NCBI GenBank assembly: GCA_030167865.1
Contig: JALAGF010002141.1
Location: forward strand, 62,001 to 124,773
Direction: 5' to 3'
Length of the DNA: 62,773 nt
Source of the DNA: Craspedostauros australis
Lineage: Eukaryota
Shown here: positions 21,850 through 33,945 of the stretch, piece by piece
Numbering within the stretch: position 1 is the stretch's first letter
How the letters are laid out: every line of letters begins with the position of its first letter
Position numbers and translations under genes: made by a program
Notes under the pieces: generated by a model
The model's database searches: none
The model's input: only the letters and a program-made list of their open reading frames with translations
What the model was told of the DNA's origin: nothing

Positions 21850-23082
21850 ATGCCTCCTCTACGCGGATACCACATCGCCATCGAACCACTCCCACTATCA
21901 TCGTTGCCATTCGTGACATCATCGTCGTCGCCGCCGCCATCATCGTCCTGGTCGCAGTCCCTGCTTTCGTCGTCTTCGAAAGAAGGCAAGCAAGGAGAGA
22001 GGTCGCTGCTGCCCATGCTTCCTTGGAGACGAACGATGCCCGGATCCCAGCACAGCCTGGATGCATTTGAAGCCATTGCTGGGAGCAACATGTTCCCCAC
22101 CAGCTCAGTCAATAACCAGCTCGATCCAACTCCCATCTACCCAAGCCGCGTCAACGTGGTTCGGAATGTTGCCCTCGATGATACCAACTGGCACAACGAT
22201 GTGCAACGGGATATCATCGCAGCGCTCGGTCCCTCATCACACATCGCGAGACTCCGGGGTTACGATGCGACTACTCAGAGCCAGGAAGATGACGAGCACC
22301 AGTCGATTGGAAGGCCTGGCCAACTCAACAGCATGAAGGATGACCAGGTTTCTCCGGACAAGGAAGAATTCGGCTTGGATGCACTTCTCCGTCGACGCAA
22401 TCGCCAATACTTTGTAGACTGCGATGTGCAAGTCTCGAAGATGGATGCAACGGCGGCTCCGCAGTACACGGGTTCCTCCAATCTGGCAAGCAGCCCGTCA
22501 GACAACGACAGAGCCGCAGCGATGCAAGTGGCATCTCCCCTCGGGTTCATATCCACGCAAAGTCAATTATCATCGTCAAATCAACCCAGCCAGTGGGAAC
22601 AAAGATATCAGGAGTTGAAGAGGCACCGCTCGAAGCATGGGCACTGCTTCGTTGATACGTCCGACTACCCATCGTTATCGCAATGGGTCAAGCGCCAACG
22701 ATACCAGCTCAAGCTCAAGCTCACCGGCAAACATTCAACCCTGAGTGACGAGCGAGTGAAAGCACTCGACGAGGTCGGCTTTGTTTGGAATTCGCACCGC
22801 GTCATCTGGGAGCAGAGGTACAACGAGCTCGTTGTCTTTCGCCAGCGGAATGGACATTGCAATGTTCCGACCGAGTATGCCAGCAACCCCGCCCTAGGCG
22901 TGTGGGTGAAAGGTCAACGACGCCAGTACAATCTCTTCCGATTCGGCTGGAAGTCCTCAATGACGAAGGAACGTGTGGATCGATTGAATGCGCTGGGCAT
23001 GCAATGGTACCTCCGCCAACCAAAGATGGCAAAGAAGCGACAAGCGAGTGCGACGGGACAGGATGATGCCGACAGCATGTAA
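21850..23082 (+). CDS. Helicase-associated (HA) domain protein with two C-terminal HA repeats and no helicase core
   Basis: WEQRYQELKRHRSKHGHCFV...LSQWVKRQR...LSDERVKALDEVGFVW and WEQRYNELVVFRQRNGHCNVP...LGVWVKGQRRQY...MTKERVDRLNALGMQW. First ATG at 21850. Confidence 0.9.
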   Translation: MPPLRGYHIAIEPLPLSSLPFVTSSSSPPPSSSWSQSLLSSSSKEGKQGERSLLPMLPWRRTMPGSQHSLDAFEAIAGSNMFPTSSVNNQLDPTPIYPSRVNVVRNVALDDTNWHNDVQRDIIAALGPSSHIARLRGYDATTQSQEDDEHQSIGRPGQLNSMKDDQVSPDKEEFGLDALLRRRNRQYFVDCDVQVSKMDATAAPQYTGSSNLASSPSDNDRAAAMQVASPLGFISTQSQLSSSNQPSQWEQRYQELKRHRSKHGHCFVDTSDYPSLSQWVKRQRYQLKLKLTGKHSTLSDERVKALDEVGFVWNSHRVIWEQRYNELVVFRQRNGHCNVPTEYASNPALGVWVKGQRRQYNLFRFGWKSSMTKERVDRLNALGMQWYLRQPKMAKKRQASATGQDDADSM

Positions 23083-25619
23083 CATAGAAGCAGGATACAC
23101 ATTGTATGCAATCTCATTTACAATCACAAGAACCGTAATTGGTGTTGGTGTTGATGTTGATGGTGACGCACGAGTAGGAATGGGAGCAGGAGTTAGCAAA
23201 GATATGCAACGCCACTCTGGGGGTAGACCAGCATATCAATGCATGTCATGCGAATATGTACAGTATTAATCCTACTGTGCTCTCGAGATTTCATACTTAC
23301 TTGCTGCTGGTGGCAACAGGGGCGGTGGTGGTTGAAGGACAACGATACTCTGCTCTTGGCCAGCTCCGCACCATCGTGTGAATATGCTGCGATGTACTGA
23401 ACTGGACTGAGCTACTTGTACACCGCAATCAACTATTATACTCTAGAGTAATGGAGCACTTTAGAGTATCATACCCGAACCAACATCGCGTCGCGCTGCG
23501 TTAGATCGAGAAGCATTGAATAACATTGGAATGAAGTGCATCCTGGCCGCTTCCAAAATCTAACATCTAACATCCAACATCCAACACTCGACAGCGTTTC
23601 AGTTTCAGGGATGATAGTTGCCGATCACGGCGCCCTTCGCAGCCTATTAGGGGCAATACCTCCCACCTATACGAGTAAGAGCTAAGAATCGGTCACCAGA
23701 GCTGTGATGTAGTGGGCGAACGTGCCGTCCCAATGCAGTCCTGTTATTGGTGGCAATACTACCAACTAGACAATAATACCAAACTCGAATAAATGGTCGC
23801 AAAAGTGAGTTGTAGTACGTACGAAGCAGAAGAATGGGCGCCTTGATTTGGGCAGCTGGAAATCACCAGCATGCTCGCTAGGAATAGTTTGGTAATAAAG
23901 GGGTTACGATGTGTTTTGCGGTGCTAATATACATTCTCATTCCACCACACCCGTTGGCAATGCAAGTAGCCACCGACAAGCATGCGCAGGGGAGAATACC
24001 TTTACTATCCGCTCTAGGAGCTGGCAACCCCCACGACCGCCATGGGGTATTGGTTTCCGAGGGCTCAAAATTTCGCGCGAAACCACGCCAATGCGAGTGC
24101 TGTGGTTGTGCACGACTGTCGAAACCTTGTTCGTGCAGTGCAGCGCAGTTCAGTTCAGTGCAGTTCGGTGCAGTGGTGGCGGTGACGAGGGTGTTAGGGA
24201 AACACGAGAACGCCACGCTTGACGAAGAAGCCAAGGAGCGAAAAGACAAAGATTCGTGCCGAGTTCGTGAAGATACACCGGAAGAAAATGCCAACGCCAC
24301 CACACAAAGTCGATGCCGAAACAAATTGGTTTCATGTTTTCGGGACCATGTTCTCCACACACATCCTCAACAAAATACGACACAGAGAGAATTTCATCTC
24401 TTTTCGGAGGGTAATAGTATGGGGTCTGTAGCCATCACCCGACAACATCAGTGCTGTTTTAGTTTCCACAGATACGATCTATGCCAGGAGGGTGACTCTA
24501 TGCCGGCTTGGCGCAACCTCTCACGGTGTGCAGGGTGTGCTATCAGGAGCCTTTTTCGTCCAGTCGCCCGTTATGGCGTACCAACATCACAGCATTATGG
24601 TAGCACTCAGGGAATGGAACATCTGAAGAACAGTCGCTGCATTTCGGAGCTGTTTCAACGCAGCGCAGCGCAACCATCAGATGTCCGGTAGCAGCTGCAA
24701 ACTGCCCATGAGGGGGAGTCGGAACGCCTCAGCCATTCTCGCGAGAGGAAGCACTTCTGTCTGCGTTGTCACTGTCGTTGGTGTTGCTGCTGCGATGTCA
24801 GGCACACGGGTAGTGTTTTTGCTGGCGGTGACGCGACATTCCGGAGAGAAGGAGCGGAAGAGGCCAGAAGCATGTGGGGAACGAAGAGTTTGGGAAACAC
24901 AAGATGAGCCACCGGGAAGGCACGACGAAGGCTGAACAAAAAGATATCGAAAGGCGCGGGAGCCTGAGGCATCCTCTTTCCCAACGATTGAGTGTACATA
25001 TTGATCTGATGTTTATGCAAGTAAGGAACGCCGCTGGCGAGAAGTTGGAATCTGTCCCTCTGCTCGGTTCCAACACATGAGGTGGACGCATGATCGCTTA
25101 GTTGTATACTCGTTTGTGCCCGGTGCGTGTGGAGGTGATACACGATGGTTGTGGTTGCAGTGGGTGCTGGTATGGTGCGATGTATTATATGAGCTGCGAG
25201 AATGATCGATTGGTACAAATGGTTCGGAATTATTATGGAGGCAGAGTGTCCGACGATGTAGTGCCCAGCAGGGCCATTGCCTCATCGCTCATGGGATTCG
25301 CTGTGGTCGTGGCATGAATGTCTACGGCGACGGTGTTTCTCGCATTCGTTGGGACTGGGAGCGATGGTTGAAGTTCTGTTCGATGGCGCAGGTGGCGGTG
25401 CCACATGCACGGTTGCGATGGATTTATTGCAGGTGACGCTGGATATCAATTGAACCCCAGCCTCACACATGCGCGATCGCCGTCACCATCAGCATCTGCC
25501 ACAACCACAGACATGCGAACATCTATGTGCGCTGAAACAGCGGCAACCACGGCCGGCCGCATGTGTGCATGGAACCGCCGTGCACATGTCACATCGCCAT
25601 CGTGCCCAGGCCACAATCT

Positions 25620-26726
25620 CTAACAGCAGTTCGAAAGCGGCCCGTCCTTTTTGGACGCGTTGAGGTCGATCCCCTTCTTTCCATCAGATCCACCGCCCTG
25701 GACGTCCTTCTGACGGATCAACTCGCCCGCCATGGTAAGGAAGGCCTCCTCCACGTTCTTCGACGACTTCGCGCTGGTGGCAATGTAGGGAATTCCAAGC
25801 TCGTCAGCAAACTCCTTCGCCTGCTCCTCGGTGATGACCATGTCGGCTGTGCGGTCGCATTTGTTTCCTACTAACAGCTTGGCGGTGCCTTCCGCAGCGT
25901 AGCGGTTGACCTCCTTGAGCCAGTCGTTGACGTGATCGAATGATTCTGCGCTCGTCAAATCAAACACCATGATGATGCCATCGGCGCCGCGGTAGTAGGC
26001 GGATGTGATGGTTCGAAAGCGCTCCTGTCCCGCAGTGTCCCATATTTGCAATTTGACCGTCTTATTCTCAATCTTGACCGTTCGGAAGCGAAAGTCAACC
26101 CCGATGGTGGAGATGTAGGACTCTGTGAAGGAGTCATCCTGCGGAAATCCAAGGTGACAGCAGTGGGTGATTGCAATAGCGGTGGGTGATAGCAATGGGA
26201 TAATGATTGAGGAGCAATGCATTGGGATTGTATGTTCGCGGCGTGTACGGGCGATGAACCGCCATCACGTCATTCGCAACGCCAATTCATCGTTGTTCAT
26301 GTCATGTGAAGTAAGGTAAAGTAGAGCAAGGGAAAGCGATGCCATCGCCGAAGGTATTGTATGATCCATACAGAATGTGATCGAAACAAATGTGCACTGT
26401 GAGTCGCGGTGTACCTGCCCGAAACACCCATGCAAGTCAGCATCGAAGAACGCCCGCTGCATCAAATCGTGGCTTGGCACAACAATCTCTATAGAGCGTG
26501 GAAGATCCAGCAAAATGCGCAGCACCAAACGACATGTATCAGCTGCATGATACGGAATGCCATCATGACTTCATGTGTTCATGCGTTCATCGAGATCAGT
26601 TGATGGATGGGGACGTACAGCGAATCGCAGAAGGAGGCAAGATTTGCCAACGCCGCTATCTCCGATCAACACGAGCTTGAAGAGATAGTCATAATCCCGT
26701 TGCTTCGAAGCGGATGATGGAGCCAT
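25620..26726 (-). CDS. RAB1: Small GTPase Rab1/Ypt1, 2 exons, about 208 aa
   Basis: Exon 26726-26619 ([36 protein letters not shown]) plus exon 26138-25620 ([16 protein letters not shown]...[20 protein letters not shown]...GNKCD...TSAK...NCC prenylation site). The intron is 480 nt, GT-AG. Confidence 0.97.
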
Positions 26727-27531
26727 TGTTTGTCTTTGAAATGGAAAAGAATGGATGGGATGGTGTGTGCAACTGTTGGCCTTGGCTTGCGCGGAGGAGG
26801 ATGATTCTCTTTCTTCGTTCTTCGCCTTCCGTTGTGGTTGATACTGATGCAGATACAGATGCTGATGCTGGTGATGTTGCCAGAACCGCTGGTATCTTCG
26901 TGCTTGTCCTTCCTAGCTGTTGCTGCTGTTGCTGCTGTTGCTGCTTCGTCGTCTTTTGTTGAATCGCAATGCTGAATCGTGGTGCTGCTGGCTCTCTTCG
27001 CTTTTCTCTCTCTCTTGTTGCGACGCTTGTCCGCACTCCCCCACCATCGTTGTCCGTATCGCAGAGATGTTCATCATTCCAGTTCCGTTCGGTTGCCCAT
27101 GGTCGTTGTTGTTCTTCGCGGAAACGCTGTTGCCACCGTGTTGTTGTGTTGTTGGTGTCGTTTGAATTTCCGAAATGCAACGGACACATTTCCGACCCAT
27201 GTGACCAATAGGCTATTGACCACTTCGATTAGCCATCTCAAGTTGCGCAAACGTGTGCCATGAAATGCTTTGTTAGTCTCTTTAATTGTCCAAACGTGTT
27301 GCTTTGTGGTCCGCAGGTTTCGCAGCTCTCCATCCGACGCAACCCAAACGAAATCACATCACACTTCCAACATCAACGTGAACATCATGGTGGACAAGTT
27401 CGTGCTTGCGACTCATTCCAGTTGCTTCCTCATCTCCCCGGAGTGGAGTACTCTGCTACCTACTTCTGTTACACCTCCCACATCACACACTCTCGCACAA
27501 TCACAAACCCGTCCATCTTGCAACAAGAATC

Positions 27532-29510
27532 ATGCCTTCGTTCAAAGTGTCGCTGCTGGATTACGGCGCCGGCAACGTGCGATCCGTGCGCAATGCGATC
27601 CTGGCCAACGGGTATGAGATCCAGGACATCACGGAGCCGTCGCAGGTGATGCAGGCCAAGTGCCTCGTGTTCCCCGGTGTCGGTTCCTTCCAATCGGCCA
27701 TGACCTTCCTCAAGGAGAAGGGCTTCGACGGCCCATTGCGCGAGTACGTCTCCAAGTACGACCGTCCCTTCCTCGGCATCTGCCTTGGCATGCAGACCCT
27801 CTTCGAATCCAGCGAAGAAGCCGAGGCCGGTGCCGATCCCATCCCGGGTCTCGGCGTCGTGCCGGGCAAGGTCATCAAGTTCGATTCCTCCAAGATGAGT
27901 GTGCCGCACATCGGTTGGAACGGCCGCGTGTTGCACAAGGACTCGTCAGTCTACAAGCACATTGACAACGATGAGGACACCTACTTCGTGCACTCCTACT
28001 ACGCGCCCATCACGGAGCAGAACAAGGAATGGGTGCTCAGCACCACCACCTACTCCGGTCAGCGCTTCATCAGTTCCGTGCAACGTGGATGCGTCACGGC
28101 CACGCAATTCCATCCAGAGAAGAGCGGTGTCACTGGTCTCAATGTCCTCAAGGGATTCTTGGAGGTGCGTCACGGTTCTTTCTCGTTGTCTTGTGGAAGT
28201 TGTTTTGTGCCCAGGCTTGTCTCATGCAAGGAAGATGAGACAACACAGCATTTTCCTTCCACTACACATATTCATCGCATGCATATCGCGTGTACGTCGC
28301 GTATACATCTGTGCAAATCTCACATCTCGCATCTTCTTCCATTGTGGCCATGCCTACCGATGCAACTGCAAACGCAACTACGACCGCAACTGCAACACTC
28401 ACCTACCCTATATCTTCCACTGACGTCAATAACAACATGGGCACATTGCAGGCAGTGGAGAATGGAACGCTCGGCGACAGCAAACCGTTGGAGGTTGCGG
28501 ACGATGCCTTCACTCAGCTCACGAAACGTGTCGTGGTGGCGCTGGATGTCAGATCGAACGATCATGGCGATCTGGTCGTGACGAAGGGCGACCAGTACGA
28601 TGTGCGCGAGAACCACAAGGAGGGCGTCACGACGGGACGCGGCGGCGTTCGCAACCTAGGCAAGCCGGTGAGTCTGGCCGAGCGGTATTACAAGGAGGGC
28701 GGTGACGAGATCGCGTTCCTGAACATCACCAGCTTCCGACAGGGCGTGATGGAGGACATGCCGATGCTGCAGGTGCTGGAGGAGGCATCGAAGAGCATCT
28801 TCGTCCCGCTGACCGTCGGTGGCGGCATTCGCAGCTACACGGATCCCGAATCCGGCCAGACCTGGTCCGCCCTCGAGGTTGCGGCGTGCTACTTCCGTGC
28901 GGGTGCCGACAAGATCAGCATCGGCAGCGATGCCGTGTACGCCGCCGAGGAGCTTGTGACCAGCACCAGCGGAACGACAGGCAAGACCTCCATCGAGACC
29001 ATCTCCAAGGTGTACGGTGCGCAGGCGGTCGTCATCTCCATCGACCCAAAGCGCGCCTACGTCGCATCGAAGGAGGCCTGTCCCGGCAAGCACGTCGTCG
29101 TGGAACTGGATGATGCCAGCCTGGGACCCAACGGCGAGAAGTTCTGCTGGTACCAATGCACCGTGCGCGGCGGACGTGAGGAAAGGGATATCTGCGCCGT
29201 CACCGTGGCCAAGGCAGCAGAGACGCTGGGCGCCGGAGAGATCATGCTGAACTGCATCGACATGGACGGTCAGGGGAATGGATACGACCTGCCCCTGCTG
29301 CGTGCGGTGTCCGAGGCCGTGACGATCCCCGTCATCGCCAGCAGCGGCGCCGGAAACCCCGGGCACTTCGTCGATGCCTTTCAGAAGACCAACGTGCAGG
29401 CGGCGCTCGCGGCCGGTATGTTCCACAGAAAAGAGGTTGAAATCGAGGCGGTGAAACAAGGAATGAGAGCCGCTGGCATCGCAACCAGAAAGGCCAAGGC
29501 CGTTGTGTGA
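27532..29510 (+). CDS. HIS7: Bifunctional imidazole glycerol phosphate synthase HisH-HisF, about 563 aa
   Basis: Exons 27532-28164 and 28452-29510 are in frame. Glutaminase motifs [32 protein letters not shown]; cyclase motifs [52 protein letters not shown]. Possible extra upstream micro-exon at 27387-27397. Confidence 0.97.
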
Positions 29511-30317
29511 GCGAATGCCTGTAATAATATACGGATGATGACAGAACAATCCTATTATATTGCTCTGCAAAGACTTCGCTCTGACCTAATCATCGCTTGT
29601 CATCGAGGAGCACGGAGCGTTCTCCGTTCCCCTCGAGAGTTGTCACCTCAGTTGTGGTTGTTGGCAGAAATCTCGATCGTCACATTTTGCCTGAATTGAA
29701 TACGCCAGATTTCCAAAACGGTTTCTGCCAAAAAACATTCTTCTCGTTTCGAGATGAATACTTTTCGTCACCGATAGAGTCTGTCCGTGTATACGCGGAG
29801 ACAAAGAACGAGATTCGGTTCCTACCTTCCACGCGGAATTCTGACAGCAAACAAAGTCAAATCGAACAAGACAAACAGAACGAAACGCATCACAAGATCA
29901 CGATTGCGATCGTGGTGTTGGCTGGGCGCTTCGATTTGTTGGTTGGCGTTTGGAACAACGAAGTGCAATGCGGATCGCACATCCTGCATCCAACAACCAA
30001 CAACACATCAAGGAAAAGACATCAAGAGACGGAGAGAAGCACAGAAGCACGAGCTATAACGAAAGGATACCAAAAGAGCGATTGCAAAAACGCGATCCAA
30101 TAGAAGCAACGCAGCGGTCACAAGCACGGAACAAGTTGGACATCCGCTCAGCTCAACTCAACTCAACTGCGCGCAACCGAGCAACTCGAGACCGAAGTGC
30201 TGTACCCGACGCGCTCCGCCACAGCTACTACAGTATACTCGAAGTGCTCGCTGCCTCTCTATCCTGCTACGCTCGCATTCCATTCACATTCAATTCACAT
30301 TCACATTGAACGCAATC

Positions 30318-31115
30318 ATGTCCGACATTCCAACATCATCGATAGTCGCGGACTCCAAGGTCTCGCCTGGTGACGATTACGAAGAGATTCGCGAACAAGT
30401 GAGTAGCAATTGCTTGGTTGACTCATTGACTCATTGATTGGCGAGACGTGTGGAGTGATTCGTGAGGCACTGCCGATTGGGATGTGATGTACCACACGAG
30501 AATGGGGATGTGTTGCGATGCATCGCAGTGCCTGATGCTGTGTCGCAACGGGCCTGACTCGGCTTGACTGCGTCTTTCCGTGCGCAAGATTTTGATGACG
30601 ATGATGATGATGATGATGATGTATCCAATGACACAAATGCCACCCAAAGTCTCGGCATTGGCACCATTGCTCACACGTAGTCTTCCTGCGTCGCGTTTAT
30701 GTCCAACTGCTCCTTCGTACCGATCGATCATCATCCAACGCAAATGACAACATGACAGGACCGCTACTTGCCAATCGCCAACATCGCACGCATCATGAAA
30801 AACACGCTGCCGGAGAATGCCAAAATCGCCAAGGACTCCAAGGAGACTGTCCAGGAATGCGTCTCCGAGTTCATCTCCTTCATCACATCGGAAGCGAGCG
30901 ACAAGTGCCTCCAGGAGAAGAGGAAAACGATCAACGGCGACGACTTGCTGTGGGCCATGTCCACTCTGGGGTTTGACAAGTACGTGGAGCCGCTCAAGCT
31001 CTATCTCAACAAGTACCGCGAGGCCGTGCGGGGTGACAAACCGGACAAGCACTCCGCCTCCCTCCGCATGGCACACTCCATGACAGACACAACTGGAAAC
31101 GTGCCGCCATCGTGA
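30318..31115 (+). CDS. NFYB: Nuclear transcription factor Y subunit B (HAP3/CBF-A histone-fold), 2 exons, about 145 aa
   Basis: Exon 30318-30398 (MSDIPT...YEEIREQ|GTGAGT) plus exon 30759-31115 ([72 protein letters not shown]). Confidence 0.96.
30592..30620. repeat. (GAT)n microsatellite in the NF-YB intron
   Basis: tgatgacgatgatgatgatgatgatgat. Confidence 0.75.
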
Positions 31116-32138
31116 GCGCGGCTATCGTTGCCGGCGCGTATCACAGCATGACACCGATGACAACCAACTGCAACCAACGGCAACATGGCCATGCTCTACT
31201 CGCACAGTCATCGCTTTCGCTGCATTGATCGGCAAAGGGTGTTTGGCCATGAGGAGATTGTCTTGAGTTGACCCGCGTGTCACTATCTCCCGAAAACGTG
31301 CATGGGTGCAACGTGGAGGGTGCAGTCATATCACCGTGCCAACAAACTAGTCTCGTCCAGCTGAACAACACTGCGCTTGCTGATTTGGGGCGAGGTGGAA
31401 GGATGGAATATCGCAGGCATCGGCTGGAAGACTACTCCTGGTTTCTCAACCATACATGACACGTGGCAAGTGCTTTATTGTGGACTACGGTGCTGGACAT
31501 CTGGAGTTGATTTGCAACGTGGAATCAACGAATCTAAGCGTGGGTGTCAGCTGTGGGAGGAAAGATGATGCTTCTGGGCAGATCAGTGTCCGTGAAGAGC
31601 GGCGAATTCATCGAAACAAACAAGACAGCAACACTCGCATGCTTTCTCGGTGATGAGGGGCAACAATTGTGACGTGGTGTAACGCAATGTGATGCTAAGT
31701 GAGACCAAGAGAGCATAGGAGCACTGCAAAGGCTTCACCGATCAACCAAGGCAACGGAACTAAAGTCGAACTGAACAAAAACCTGGGGTGAAAACAAAAA
31801 GCAGAAGCACAAAGATAAAACCAACAAAACAAAATAAAACAAGCAATAGTGTACCAGTACTCATACTTGCTCTCTCTCTGTTGCAGTATTGCAACTTGAT
31901 GGATGGAGACTCGGGAGGAACAAACGACAGACTGTGTACTCGTATTACCAATGATACCGTTCTTTATGTCGTTGTTGGTGGCGCGGTGCGGCAAACTTGA
32001 ATAAGATTGCGGTGCGCGCTTCCTGTCGGCTTGCAATGAAGGCTTACAACCCTCCTGCTGTCTTTCTGTCTGTTGTCTGGCCAAACCCAACCACGCTCTG
32101 TCTCTGTTTTTGTCTCAGCCTCTTCAGCCTCTCCATCA

Positions 32139-33945
32139 TTAGGCAAAGTCCGATCCGCCATTCTCCATGAGCTGTTTCTTCTTCTTTTGGTTGTTGCGCT
32201 TCAGCATCACCTTCTTCATGGCCTCGTACACGCCGAACTGTATGCCGATCATGGGCACGACGCTGATGAGACGCGGTGCCAGACCACGGTAGAAGGTCCG
32301 CAAACCTTCCTCACGTGCCACGCGCGCTGCGCAGTCGATGATGCCCTTGTAGGGCACGTTGGCGGCCGCGGCGCTGCCCTGCGTCACGAGCCTTGTCTTG
32401 ATGGTGTCCATCGGCATCATGATGCAGACGGTCGTGGCGCTGGCCACGCAGCCCATGATGGTGTTCTCGTAGTTGTGGGCGGGTCGATTCGAGAGCTTGT
32501 CGCGCAGCTGTTTGAGTTGCTGGAAGAACGTCCATGTCAGCGCCTGTGTCAGGACAACGTCAGGATGTGCGCAGGGATGTACATGTGCGTATGGATATGC
32601 GAATATGGTATCGAGCAAAGCAATTGTTCATTTGTTGGTCGAAGAGAGTGAGGATACTCGTACATGTGCAGAAGATGTATGAGCGAGCGATGAATTCAAA
32701 CAAGTCCAGCGAGCCTCCACATGCATTAGCACATCCATCCAACAGCGCATTGCCATGATGGTTCCTTTTTCACCCAAGCAGAGCAAATGAGTTCGCACTC
32801 CAATCTTTCTGTGCATCAATGTCCACTCCTACGCTGAACGCCGGATCATAGCACCCATGATAACACGCTCAAGATCAGTCTGCAAACAATCCCCTCTTCG
32901 ATCTTCCATCGCGCCACGCATTCTCCAACGGAAGTACTGCGCCTATTGCACTGTACCAATTGCACGCGCAACAATCAAAAGACACAAATCACAGTGGAAT
33001 ACTCACATAGCTGGGAATCTTGCCAACCAACCCCGGCCACCAGCCCGTGTAGAATCCCAACACCCCGCGTTGCCGGTACAGCCCGCCCGTCGCCTGGATC
33101 AGATTCGGATAATTTCCCGCCATGATGTTGTCCGTGATCATCATCTGCGGCGTCGACACGATTGAGCAGCATATGGTCGAGATGGCGGACGACATGAAGT
33201 CGAGGCCCGGCCCGATGGACTCGGCGCGCGCCGCCAGCATCGGCACCGTCGTGATGGCCTCGTTGAGCCTGCCGCGCACGAATTCCAGCACGGCAAAGTT
33301 GAGCGCCCCGTGCGGGACACTGAGCACGAAGTTGGCACCGGCGCCGCGCGTCAGGGTGCCGATCATTTTGGGGGCCAGCAGGGATCGGAACGTGATGGCC
33401 TCGGAGGCGCGGGACGATTGCAGGATGGTCTTCATCGTGTTGGCCGGGTGCATGACGGTCTGCGCGATGCTGCGGGAGATGGCGCCGCAGACCATGTTCT
33501 CCCAGAACACCAGCGGTCGCACGCCCATCACGATGGCGCTGGCCGGGATCACGGTCTTTGCAGCCTTTGCCGATCTGCTTCTCTTGACGCTGGAGCTGCG
33601 GCGGCTGCTGCTGCATTGAATGGCGGACATGTAGTCTCTCTCATTGTGCCGGGATGCAGATCGTCGTGTCCGTCTTTGTCGTCGTGAATGAGACTGCTGC
33701 GCATGCTCATGCTCATGCTGCTCGCTCTGCACTTCTGCCGATGTTCGGCCATATGACTGAATTTCGGAATAGTCGGTGGAAAAGGGATCTGTGCTGCTGG
33801 GCAACGTCGATGGTGATCTGGTGGAGATTCCAAACGGCGACTCCGCAAGCCGAGATCCGAACCCAGCAGCCGATCTGCCGACTGCGGACTGCAGGATTGT
33901 GCCGAGCACCAGCAGCGACAGCGAGCTTCGCAACATCCTAGCCAT
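32139..33945 (-). CDS. Mitochondrial carrier family (SLC25) protein, SAM-carrier-like, with a probable plastid-targeting presequence; 2 exons, about 447 aa
   Basis: Exons 33945-33007 and 32543-32139 are in frame (KIPSY|ALTW). Three carrier repeats: HPANTMKT, TPQMMITD (degenerate) and MPMDTIKTRL...YKGIIDC...EEGLRTFYRGLAPR. N-terminal signal peptide MARMLRSSLSLLVLGTILQSAVGRSAAG-F. Substrate is inferred. Confidence 0.9.

Noticed and set aside
23292-23305. ATACTTAC resembling the 5' end of U1 snRNA
   Set aside because: It continues TTG rather than CTG, and no U1 stem-loops or Sm site follow; it is simply the complement of a splice donor.
23909-24691. 260-aa ORF between the HA and Rab1 genes
   Set aside because: It runs through microsatellite sequence, has Cys/Arg-rich non-coding-like composition and shows no recognisable motif.
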